The position numbers and the translations under genes are program-made. A stretch of 40,117 bases of DNA, taken from positions 1 to 40,117 of IMG/VR virus record IMGVR_UViG_3300024287_000003, one strand, 5' to 3'. Source of the DNA: a virus (lineage: Duplodnaviria; Caudoviricetes). Within the stretch, counting starts at the first letter, position 1. Each line of letters begins with the position of its first letter. Below the pieces are notes generated by a model. That model was not told the DNA's origin. It was given only the letters and a program-made list of their open reading frames with translations, and ran no database searches. Of this stretch, positions 1 to 8,240 are shown one piece after another.

Positions 1-127
1 TCAATTCTACCGAAGGCATGGCAAGCCGCAATGTCAACGAGAAGATGGATGCTGTTGCTCATCGCATCTGTGAGATTTGTACAACAGACTCAGGAGAGAC
101 TTTGGCTGTGATGCATCGCCAGTGCAA
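1..127. repeat. Terminal direct repeat, copy 1 (identical to 39991-40117); circular contig overlap
   Basis: Exact 127-bp match to the window end. It falls inside a CDS, and 127 is a common assembler k-mer length. Confidence 0.95.
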
Positions 128-269
128 GAGTTCTTCCATTACCAGGGCATCACTTGCTTCCATTGTCGAAGGATTAGTTGCCAATGGCTATCTGGAGCAG
201 ATCGACTCGGGACGCAACTACGGGGGAGTGCCGGTCTATCGGTACAAGGCCACAGGTAAGCAAGCCTGA
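1..269 (+). CDS. C-terminal end (winged-helix-like) of the primase-helicase that begins at 37878
   Basis: ORF 18..269 is the in-frame continuation through the 127-bp overlap. Confidence 0.85.
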   Translation, partial: NSTEGMASRNVNEKMDAVAHRICEICTTDSGETLAVMHRQCKSSSITRASLASIVEGLVANGYLEQIDSGRNYGGVPVYRYKATGKQA

Positions 270-290
270 CCACCAAGCCCGTCATGCCAC

Positions 291-314
291 AGCCCGCCTA
301 GTGCGGGCTTTTTT
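291..314 (+). terminator. Rho-independent terminator
   Basis: AGCCCGC-ctagt-GCGGGCT followed by a T-run, just after the primase stop. Confidence 0.85.
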
Positions 315-328
315 AATGCGCGAAATGC

Positions 329-357
329 TTGACTTGCCCAAAATATGGGTTTACACT
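329..357 (+). promoter_or_regulatory. Sigma70-type promoter
   Basis: TTGACT-17 bp-TACACT. The spacer contains the inverted repeat CCCA-aaata-TGGG. Confidence 0.7.
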
Positions 358-359
358 CG

Positions 360-770
360 CTCCAAGTTGTTGATTTCAAAGCGATTAATCTTAGGGGGCG
401 GTGCTTATCTAAGATTTATTCCTAAGATAAAATCTCGGAATATTTCGCTTTAGAATCAAAAACTTACGCGTCAAAAACGACAATTAGAGATTTGTAGACT
501 CAAACCTAAATACGCTATAGAGATATTGGCGGGTATTAGCACATCTATAAATAGATAATACAAAAATTCAACAGCAAGGAGCATAAAATAATGTGTCCTT
601 GTATCTATCTTATCTAAGATCGAACATTGAAGATAAGTGACTGTTTTTAAAGACAAAAAATATTATGTTGAAGTTAGACTCGTCTATAACAAAACTAACT
701 TAAAGAAATAACAAAAACATCATAAAATAGTGTATTATTTAACTTCCTTTTAATTTATTTTGGTTGAAAA
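360..770. other. AT-rich non-coding region with CTAAGAT repeats; candidate replication origin
   Basis: CTTATCTAAGAT at 404-415 and 609-620, CTAAGAT at 422-428 and inverted at 388-394. Very AT-rich and directly downstream of the primase-helicase. Confidence 0.5.
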
Positions 771-995
771 ATGTACCCTATTCAAAAAATGCAGAATCGT
801 ATTGCCGCTGTGAAATTTGATTTCAAAAAAATGCCATTTGAGACTATGGAGGTCGGCGAGTTCTTTTTCATTGCTGCCGAGCAAATAGACCGCGCACGCC
901 TGACGTCTGGGTGCGCATACCGTGCAAATAAGCTTGGTAAGAAGTTCAGCGTAAGGAAGTCATTGTGCGGTTTTGATGTTTGCCGCGTTGCTTAG
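771..995 (+). CDS. Small basic protein, probably DNA-binding
   Basis: 74 aa with a PFETMEVGEFFFI...KKFSVRK pattern typical of small phage DNA-binding proteins. Confidence 0.55.
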   Translation: MYPIQKMQNRIAAVKFDFKKMPFETMEVGEFFFIAAEQIDRARLTSGCAYRANKLGKKFSVRKSLCGFDVCRVA

Positions 996-1019
996 CTTGA
1001 TAGTTTTCAAATATGTTGA

Positions 1020-1065
1020 CGATAGCAACAATCAATTGGATCTTCTTCCATGGTCGGCCTATAGT
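1020..1065 (+). promoter_or_regulatory. Phage-specific promoter box, copy 1
   Basis: CGATAGCAACAATCAATTGGAT, then 18 bp, then TATAGT. Confidence 0.65.
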
Positions 1066-1118
1066 GAACTTATGGACGCGGCGCATGGGGCGCGGCGATA
1101 GATGACAAGGGGTCGGAT

Positions 1119-1340
1119 ATGCAATACAGAGTTTATGGAACCGTGAAAGTGCATGTAACCGTGACAGTTGATGCGGACGACAGGGACAGCGCAATCGAAG
1201 CTGCTTACGAAGAGTTTGGAGGGCTGTCTGGTTACTGCGGGAATGGTGGCACCGATCAAATCGTGGGAGTCAATAACCAGAACGTGTCACTTGAAGTTGG
1301 TGACGACTTCGGCGATTTCACCGAGGCTGACCCGGCCTAA
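1119..1340 (+). CDS. Hypothetical acidic protein
   Basis: 73-aa ORF at the start of a tightly packed run of small genes. Confidence 0.7.
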   Translation: MQYRVYGTVKVHVTVTVDADDRDSAIEAAYEEFGGLSGYCGNGGTDQIVGVNNQNVSLEVGDDFGDFTEADPA

Positions 1341-1376
1341 CACCAACACGCCCTTCGGGGCACCTCTGGAGACACC

Positions 1377-1526
1377 ATGAAAAACCCAACCAACAAACAA
1401 GGCCGAACCGAAATCACCCAGGCGCGCAGCATTCAGAAATCCCTTGGGACGCAAGTGGCAGCTCGCTATCTTGCAAAGCGCAACTGGTCGATTGAGGCAA
1501 CGATGTATATCTTGCTTGGGAAGTAG
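1377..1526 (+). CDS. Hypothetical protein (49 aa, MKNPTNKQ...)
   Basis: GGAGA RBS; translated by hand. Confidence 0.6.
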   Translation: MKNPTNKQGRTEITQARSIQKSLGTQVAARYLAKRNWSIEATMYILLGK

Positions 1527-1615
1527 GCCATGTTTTACCGGATTCAACTTATTTCCCTTTGCATCGTTCTTTTCCTCGTCGCCAGGGCTTTGCATTCTCT
1601 TTGGTGGGACTAACA

Positions 1616-1795
1616 ATGAAGTACAAAGTTGAAATCGTTTTTGAAAACAGCACCTACGAAGCCTCCGTAGAAGCTGACAATGAAGCCAGAGCCTACCAAT
1701 TGGCACTAATCGACGCCAGGATGGGAAATCCTTCTGGATCACACTATGCAAGGGTTATCAAGCAAAAAACCAAGGAGATTGATGATGTGGATTAA
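1616..1795 (+). CDS. Hypothetical protein (MKYKVEIVFEN...)
   Basis: Its VEADNEARAYQLA pattern resembles VDADDRDSAIEAA in 1119..1340. Confidence 0.6.
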   Translation: MKYKVEIVFENSTYEASVEADNEARAYQLALIDARMGNPSGSHYARVIKQKTKEIDDVD

Positions 1796-2015
1796 GACAA
1801 GTGAAAAATTGCCGCCTGATGAAACTCCAGTAATAATTATGCACAATGGTGAAGTAAGGATTGGAGAACTACGCTGGGAAATTCCTACATGGGAAGATAA
1901 TTACGAAAAATTCAGGTATTGGGATAATCCTCATGATGATGGCCAAGGATGTGAGTGGAATGATGTAACGCATTGGATGGTTATTCCTGATGTTCCTAAT
2001 TTGGAGAAATTATGA
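1785..2015 (+). CDS. DUF551-like phage protein
   Basis: WIKTSEKLP...VTHWMVIPDVP signature; AGGAG RBS. Confidence 0.8.
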   Translation: MWIKTSEKLPPDETPVIIMHNGEVRIGELRWEIPTWEDNYEKFRYWDNPHDDGQGCEWNDVTHWMVIPDVPNLEKL

Positions 2016-2185
2016 ATCTACACCAAATCAAGACTGATCTGGACAACGGCCTCATCATCAGTAAGCCAATCTGGAGTATGCTGCTCGATGCGGCATTGAT
2101 GATGCAGGAAGTGCTTAAAGAGTCTGCCAATGGATTTGTCAGGCATCCGGCGATTGATTGTTTGGAACAATTGGAGAAACTATAA
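2012..2185 (+). CDS. Hypothetical protein (57 aa)
   Basis: ATGA overlap with the upstream gene; GGAG RBS. Confidence 0.55.
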   Translation: MNLHQIKTDLDNGLIISKPIWSMLLDAALMMQEVLKESANGFVRHPAIDCLEQLEKL

Positions 2186-2295
2186 TGAAAGACTACATCG
2201 ATACAATTTTGTTTTTCATTGTTCTTATTTCATCCGTTGCCACCATTTCTTGGCTGCTGACTTTTATCTCTGACCATATTAGGTGGGTGCCATGA
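2185..2295 (+). CDS. Small single-TM protein (36 aa)
   Basis: MKDYIDTILFFIVLISSVATISWLLTFI; TAATG coupling. Confidence 0.5.
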   Translation: MKDYIDTILFFIVLISSVATISWLLTFISDHIRWVP

Positions 2296-2429
2296 GCTTC
2301 CAGGACTATTTTCTAACCGTCCAAGAAAAAGCAGGTGAGCGCATGGATCGGGATGCAGTGAGCTATTGCTACTACAAGGGAATGGGAGTTATGGATGCGG
2401 TAATTTTGCTGACGTATCGTAGGGCTTAA
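2292..2429 (+). CDS. Hypothetical protein (45 aa)
   Basis: ATGA overlap; MSFQDYFLTVQEKAG... Confidence 0.5.
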   Translation: MSFQDYFLTVQEKAGERMDRDAVSYCYYKGMGVMDAVILLTYRRA

Positions 2430-2440
2430 TATGGTATAGT

Positions 2441-2610
2441 TGTTGCAATAGAGTTTGGTGCAAACCGCAGGCGGCTGGTCGGGTTAATAACCCCGTCAGC
2501 ACACGGCAATCACTCTCTCCGAGGTTGTAATACCAAGATTGTGAGTGTGCAGAGCTTGTCCCTAGGACAAGCCCGTAAGGTGGAAGGCCTTGCAATTATG
2601 ATTTCACAGC
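2441..2610 (+). ncRNA. Candidate structured ncRNA
   Basis: Extended -10 TGGTATAGT (2432-2440) followed by several stems: GCACAC/GTGTGC, GCTTGTCC/GGACAAGC, GTAAGG/CCTTGC, GGGTT/AACCC and GGT-GCAA-ACC. Confidence 0.5.
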
Positions 2611-2653
2611 GTTGAGCATTTTCTTTGCTCCGCTGTTTTTTTATTTGGTAATA

Positions 2654-3040
2654 ATGACACTACGCGAAGCTGACCTTCAACAAGCTTTAATCACTTGGGC
2701 CAAGACCCAAATCGGGAAGTATCCTGAAATGCTTTGGCTTCACCACGTCCCGCTAGGTGGACGAAGAGATAGCCGTGAGGCCTTGTCATTGCAATGTCAA
2801 GGTGTCAAAGCAGGCATCCTAGATCTTTGCTTGGATGTTGCTCGCGGCGGATTCCATGGCCTTCGTATCGAGCTTAAACGCCCTGGTGGCACTTGTCTTA
2901 AGCCTAGTAAAGAACAAGCCGAGTACATAAAGTTCCTAACTGAACAAGGTTATGCTACACTCGTGTCCAATAGCTTTGATGAAGTCAAGGCATTTTTGAT
3001 TGATTATTTGGAAGGTAGGTTGGTGAATGCTGACGCCTAA
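2654..3040 (+). CDS. VRR-NUC domain nuclease (Holliday junction resolvase-like)
   Basis: EADLQ...GVKAGILDL...IELKRPGG...SKEQ motifs. Confidence 0.85.
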   Translation: MTLREADLQQALITWAKTQIGKYPEMLWLHHVPLGGRRDSREALSLQCQGVKAGILDLCLDVARGGFHGLRIELKRPGGTCLKPSKEQAEYIKFLTEQGYATLVSNSFDEVKAFLIDYLEGRLVNADA

Positions 3041-3506
3041 GCAGGCTCTTTTCGTTAAAGAATATCTCGTGGACATGAACGGCACTCAAGCCGCTATTCG
3101 CGCTGGATATTCGGAAAGAACTGCAAACGAACAAGCATCGCGTTTGTTAGCCAATGCTAGCATTCGTGAAGCAGTGGCAGAGAATAGTAAGGCTCGCGCC
3201 GCAAAGGTCGATATAACCGCTGAATACGTCCTCCAGACGATTAAAAACACGATTGAACGCTGTGCCCAAGCCGAACCAGTTTTGGACCGTGACGGCGCTC
3301 CTACGGGCGAATATAAGTTCGATAGTGCCGCAGTTTTGAAAGGCACTGAGCAGCTTGGTAAATATCTCAAGCTGTTCACCGACAAAGTTTCAATTGGCGG
3401 CGCAGATGATTTGCCGCCAGTGTCTAGTGTTATCAATATCTCCGGTCTCTCAACATCCGCGCTGGCCGAAATACTAGCCCTCCAAGATGCAGCTAACCGC
3501 CGCTGA
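3027..3506 (+). CDS. terS: Terminase small subunit
   Basis: LTPKQALFVKEYLVDMNGTQAAIRAGYS signature (Terminase_2 type). Confidence 0.93.
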   Translation: MLTPKQALFVKEYLVDMNGTQAAIRAGYSERTANEQASRLLANASIREAVAENSKARAAKVDITAEYVLQTIKNTIERCAQAEPVLDRDGAPTGEYKFDSAAVLKGTEQLGKYLKLFTDKVSIGGADDLPPVSSVINISGLSTSALAEILALQDAANRR

Positions 3507-4947
3507 TCTTCTGGCCGTCGAGCGCGAATTCTGCCGTCGCTCCCTTTCTCATTTCGCTCAACGCGCTTGGCACGTTCTCGAACCCGCTGCTGATCTGAAA
3601 TGGGGATGGGCGCTTGATGCTATCTGTCAGCACCTAGAAGCGGTGACGAATGGCGATATCACGCGCTTGCTCATGAATGTTCCACCTGGCTCGATGAAAT
3701 CCCTTCTGACTGGCGTTATATGGCCTGCTTGGGAATGGGGGCCACGCGGCATGCCTGAAATGCGTTATGTTGGAACAGCACACGAGGAAACGCTCGCCAT
3801 TCGCGACAGCCGACGATGCAGGGATTTAGTCAAGTCTGAGTGGTATCAAAAGCTTTGGCCGCTCGAACTATCCCGCGATCTGGACGGCAAGCGTGAGTTT
3901 GGAAACGTTCGAAAAGGCATTCGCCAAGCACGTGCATTCACTAGTATGACCGGTGTTCGTGGCGACAGAATCATTCTGGACGATCCTATCTCAGCCGATA
4001 ATGCCAACTCCGAAGCCAAACTCGAAGCAGCACGGATCGCATTCACTGAGACACTTCCGACTCGCGTCAATTCAGATAAATCGGCAATCGTTGTAATTAT
4101 GCAACGTTTGCACGAGAAAGACGTATCAGGCGTCATCAAGGAAATGGGATTGCCTTATGTTCATCTTAATATTCCCATGCGCTTTGAGTCTGATAGGCGC
4201 TGTGTTACGTCTATTGGTTGGGCAGATCCACGGACTAAAGATGGTGAACTAATGTTCCCTGAGCGGTTCAGCGATGCCCAAGTGACAGAACTTGAGAAGA
4301 CGCTTGGATCGTATGGCGCAGCTGGTCAGCTACAACAGCGCCCAGCTCCGAGAGGTGGCGGGATAATCAAGGAATCGTGGTTCAAGTATTACAGCGTTGC
4401 TCCAAGGCTTGAGTTCCGCAATATCCACGCCGACACAGCGCAGAAGACAGGTGAAGAGAATGACTATTCAGTCTTCCAATGCTGGGGCCGCTCTACTGTT
4501 GGTCAGGCTGTTCTGATTGATCAGATCCGTGGCAAATGGGAAGCGCCTGAACTACTTGTCCAGGCCCGCGCATTCTGGATTAAGCATGTGAATTCTGGCG
4601 GATCAGTGCTGCGCTCTATGATGGTGGAGGATAAAGTCTCCGGAACTGGATTGATCCAGACGCTGCGGCGCGAAGGGGTGCCAGTGATCCCGGTGCAGCG
4701 TGACAAGGACAAGATATCCCGAGCGCACGATGCAGCACCGTTCATCGAGAGTGGTAATGTTCTGCTTCCAATCGATGCGCCTTGGCTGTCAGACCTATTG
4801 ACTGAGGCATCGTCGTTTCCAGGTGGAGCGCATGATGACCAGCTAGACCCGATGTTTGATGCTATAAAAACGGTTCAAATAGCTCCATCGGCTGTTATGC
4901 AGACAGTTATTCCTATCCCAATGGCGTCAGCGTTTAGGCGGAGATAG
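3487..4947 (+). CDS. terL: Terminase large subunit
   Basis: NVPPGSMKS Walker A, IILDDP Walker B, MQRLHEKD, and nuclease motifs DTAQK and HDDQLD. Confidence 0.95.
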   Translation: MQLTAADLLAVEREFCRRSLSHFAQRAWHVLEPAADLKWGWALDAICQHLEAVTNGDITRLLMNVPPGSMKSLLTGVIWPAWEWGPRGMPEMRYVGTAHEETLAIRDSRRCRDLVKSEWYQKLWPLELSRDLDGKREFGNVRKGIRQARAFTSMTGVRGDRIILDDPISADNANSEAKLEAARIAFTETLPTRVNSDKSAIVVIMQRLHEKDVSGVIKEMGLPYVHLNIPMRFESDRRCVTSIGWADPRTKDGELMFPERFSDAQVTELEKTLGSYGAAGQLQQRPAPRGGGIIKESWFKYYSVAPRLEFRNIHADTAQKTGEENDYSVFQCWGRSTVGQAVLIDQIRGKWEAPELLVQARAFWIKHVNSGGSVLRSMMVEDKVSGTGLIQTLRREGVPVIPVQRDKDKISRAHDAAPFIESGNVLLPIDAPWLSDLLTEASSFPGGAHDDQLDPMFDAIKTVQIAPSAVMQTVIPIPMASAFRRR

Positions 4948-5024
4948 CAACATAAAAGAGCATTAGTGTTGACGTTTTATTTTATCCTGTATCATGTTTG
5001 AAATTTAATTGATAGGTTCCGTTA

Positions 5025-7142
5025 ATGGCAAAAGACCTCGCACTAGTTCATGAACGAGCAATGCAAGAGTTCAACCGCGTCCAATCGGCTTTATATGCCG
5101 AGCGTATGCAATGCCTGCGCGACCGTCGTTTCTATTCCATTCCTGGCGCGCAATGGGAAGGACCGCTACAAGAACAGTTTGAGAATAAGCCGCGTTTCGA
5201 GGTCAATAAAGTCCACTTGGCAGTTATTCGCATCATCAATGAATACCGGAATAATCGCGTTACTGTTGATTTCGTCTCCAAGGATGGCAGCGAAGACGAT
5301 CAACTGTCTGATACCTGCGATGGCCTATATCGCGCCGACGAGCAAGACAGTTGCGCCGAAGAAGCGTACGACAATGCCTTTGAGGAAGCAGTTGGCGGAG
5401 GGATGGGCGCATGGCGTCTCAGGACAGGCTACGAGGATGAGTCCAGCGAAGACAACGAAGTACAGCGTATCAGGATCGAACCCATCACCGATGCAGACTC
5501 ATGCGTCTATTTCGATTTAGGAGCCAAGCGCCAGGACAAGTCTGATGCTAAGCGCTGCTGGGTATTGAATGGCTATACACGAGAGGCTTATCGTGATGAG
5601 TTCAATGATGATCCGTCAAGCTGGCCTAAAAGCGTTCATCAGGATGAGTTTGATTGGTACACTCCTGATATTGTTTATGTGGCCGAATACTACGAGATTG
5701 AAGAGAAATCCGAGGTTCTGCACGTATTCAAAGGCATCGCATTGGATGAAAGCGAGCCCAATGAAAAGAAATATTGGGACTCTGAATTGCTTGACGATCC
5801 AAGCATTAAGGAAACGCTAACATCAACAGGTTTTAAAGAGGTTCGTTCCAAGCGTGTCAAGCGTTGCAAGGTGCATAAATACCTAATGAATGGCAATAGC
5901 ATCTTGGAAGACCAAGGATACATTGCGGGCTCAAATATTCCCATTGTCGTCACTTATGGCAAGCGCTGGTTTGTTGATAACGTCGAGCGCTGCATGGGAC
6001 ACGTTCGCCTTGCAATTGATCCGCAGATGCTAAAGAACATGCTAGTTTCGATGCTGGCTGAGATTGCTACGTTCTCGCCCATCGAAAAACCTATTGTCAC
6101 GCCTGAACAGATCAGCGGTCACCAAGGTATGTGGGCAGATGATAGCGTCAAACGTTATCCTTATCTGATGCTCAACAGCATCAAGGACGCGCAAGGTAAC
6201 ATTGTCCAGAATGGTCCAACTGCATACACTAAAGCCCCGAGCATCCCTCAGGCGCTAGCTGCGCTTCTCCAACTCACTGAGGAAGACTTGCAAGACCTAT
6301 TGGGAAACCAACAAGCCGGTGAGCAAGTGCAGTCGAATATCAGCGGCAAGCTCATGGAACTGGTACAGACGCGCCTGGACATGCAGGTTTATATCTACAT
6401 GTCGAACTTCGCTAAGGCCATGCGCAGAAGTGGTGAAATTTGGCTATCAATGGCTGCAGATATCTATGTGGAAGAAGGCCGCAAAATGAAATCCGTTAAA
6501 TCGGATGGGCGAGCCGAGCAAATTGAACTTCTTGCCAAGGCCATTGATAATGAGACCGGCGAATATAAACAAGAGAATGATCTGTCGAAAGCCAAGTTTG
6601 GCGTCGTTTCCGATGTTGGCCCATCCTCTGCCAGTAAGCGTGATGCTACTGACCGAAAACTCATTTCGCTGTTGCAATATGTCACTGATCCTGACTCGCA
6701 GAGCATTATCAATAGTCTAGTGCTGATGAATCAAGAAGGCGAAGGCATGGCCGATGTGTCGGCATACTTCCGCAAGAAGCTTGTCCAGATTGGTGCGATC
6801 AAACCTACTCAAGAGGAAGCGCAAGAACTGCAACAAGAGGCAGCGAATCAACCGCCAGATCCTAACGCTCAATATTTGCAAGCGGCTGCTCAGAAAGCTA
6901 TTGCTGATTCTGGACAATCTCAGGCTAAGACTAAACTTATCGAGGCCCAGATTGCTGATACGCGTGCCGATGCGATTCAGAAGCTTGCAAGTATTCAAAG
7001 CGATAAGGAAAAACAAGCTGTTGATCTTGCTATTCAATTGGGGCAGCATGGGATTGATCAACAGACTGCGGATATTAATGCTCAGCAGGCTCAGCAGCAG
7101 ATGGCTGGGCAACAACAAGCACAGCCGCAACCCAATAAATAA
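5025..7142 (+). CDS. P22-like portal protein
   Basis: 705 aa after TerL; contains GAQWEG, INEYRNNR and NIPIVVTYGKR, and has a Gln-rich helical C-terminus. Confidence 0.92.
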   Translation: MAKDLALVHERAMQEFNRVQSALYAERMQCLRDRRFYSIPGAQWEGPLQEQFENKPRFEVNKVHLAVIRIINEYRNNRVTVDFVSKDGSEDDQLSDTCDGLYRADEQDSCAEEAYDNAFEEAVGGGMGAWRLRTGYEDESSEDNEVQRIRIEPITDADSCVYFDLGAKRQDKSDAKRCWVLNGYTREAYRDEFNDDPSSWPKSVHQDEFDWYTPDIVYVAEYYEIEEKSEVLHVFKGIALDESEPNEKKYWDSELLDDPSIKETLTSTGFKEVRSKRVKRCKVHKYLMNGNSILEDQGYIAGSNIPIVVTYGKRWFVDNVERCMGHVRLAIDPQMLKNMLVSMLAEIATFSPIEKPIVTPEQISGHQGMWADDSVKRYPYLMLNSIKDAQGNIVQNGPTAYTKAPSIPQALAALLQLTEEDLQDLLGNQQAGEQVQSNISGKLMELVQTRLDMQVYIYMSNFAKAMRRSGEIWLSMAADIYVEEGRKMKSVKSDGRAEQIELLAKAIDNETGEYKQENDLSKAKFGVVSDVGPSSASKRDATDRKLISLLQYVTDPDSQSIINSLVLMNQEGEGMADVSAYFRKKLVQIGAIKPTQEEAQELQQEAANQPPDPNAQYLQAAAQKAIADSGQSQAKTKLIEAQIADTRADAIQKLASIQSDKEKQAVDLAIQLGQHGIDQQTADINAQQAQQQMAGQQQAQPQPNK

Positions 7143-7208
7143 TATGTTATGATTGAATTTATCATCAACAACGGCAACCGCCAGCCTATGGCGAGAAAAG
7201 GGGATTAA

Positions 7209-8102
7209 ATGTTCAAAAGCTGGATGTGGAAACAAAAGTCATTTCGTGAGCAATTCCAGGGTGATGAAGCGAACGGCGGAACTGGGGGTACGGCTGATGA
7301 GGGTAGCGCTACCGAAAGCGGTGATGATAACTCGGCAGGCGACGAAGGTTCTGATGCAGCAGAGGCGGATAGTAAGGGCGAAGTAGTCATCACCCTTGGC
7401 GACGAAGAACCACCTGCTGATGATGAACAGAACAGAGCACCGGAATGGGTGCGAGAGCTGCGCAAGTCCGACCGCGAGAAGGCTAAGCGCATTCGGGAAC
7501 TTGAGCAAAAGCTGCAAGAGTCGAAACCAAATCCTCAGCAAGAAGAATTAGGAACTAAACCAACGCTTGAGGGGTGTGATTTTGATTCTGATAAGTTCGA
7601 AAAAGAATTGACCGCATGGCATGATCGCAAGCGGCAAGTAGACGATAAGGCAGCTCAAGAACGTAAAGCGGCTGAGGATCAAAAGGCAGCATGGGAAGTA
7701 AAGATGAACGCCTATAAGGCTGAGGCGCTTCCAGTGGCTGATTTTGAGGATGCCGAGGAAGCGGTTATTTCAAGTCTTGACCAAATAAAGCAAGCAATCA
7801 TTCTTAATGGGGCAGACAAGCCAAAGCAATTGATTTATGCTCTTGGGAAAAGCCCTGAGAAGCTTAAAGAGTTGGCTGGTATTAACGACCCCATTAAATT
7901 CGCATTCGCAGTTGCTAAATTGGAGGCTAAAGTGAAAGTTACCGAGAAGAAGACTCCGCCGCCGCCCGAGAAAGTTATTCGTGGCTCGGGTGGTTCTGCG
8001 GCATCTTCTGATGCACAATTAGATAAGCTTCGTGAAGAAGCAATGCGAACTGGTGATGCAAGCAAGCTGTTTGCTTATCGGCAGCAGAAGCGGGCCAAGT
8101 AA
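7209..8102 (+). CDS. Scaffolding protein (P22 gp8-like)
   Basis: Acidic N-terminus, coiled coil, KPTLEGCDFD and a basic C-terminal helix; lies between portal and coat. Confidence 0.85.
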   Translation: MFKSWMWKQKSFREQFQGDEANGGTGGTADEGSATESGDDNSAGDEGSDAAEADSKGEVVITLGDEEPPADDEQNRAPEWVRELRKSDREKAKRIRELEQKLQESKPNPQQEELGTKPTLEGCDFDSDKFEKELTAWHDRKRQVDDKAAQERKAAEDQKAAWEVKMNAYKAEALPVADFEDAEEAVISSLDQIKQAIILNGADKPKQLIYALGKSPEKLKELAGINDPIKFAFAVAKLEAKVKVTEKKTPPPPEKVIRGSGGSAASSDAQLDKLREEAMRTGDASKLFAYRQQKRAK

Positions 8103-8240
8103 TTAGTATAAAGGGACTCGCCATCCTTAATATGGCAGAGCAGTAAAATAATAGATTCGGTCGCCATCCAGCCTTTGAAGTGGATGAGTTGAAACAGCAG
8201 TTGTAGCTGATTTTTCTCATCCACTTTATAGGAGCCCATT

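Noticed and set aside
1-127. Terminal repeat as a biological DTR
   Set aside because: It is exactly 127 bp and cuts through a CDS, which is typical of an assembler k-mer overlap on a circular contig.
18-269. Independent 83-aa gene
   Set aside because: It is the in-frame tail of the primase-helicase starting at 37878.
2441-2610. Canonical tRNA gene
   Set aside because: No GTTCRA T-arm, acceptor stem or CCA geometry; kept only as an ncRNA candidate.
4969-4995. Sigma70 promoter before the portal gene (TTGACG..TATCAT)
   Set aside because: The spacer is only 15 bp; possible but not supportable.
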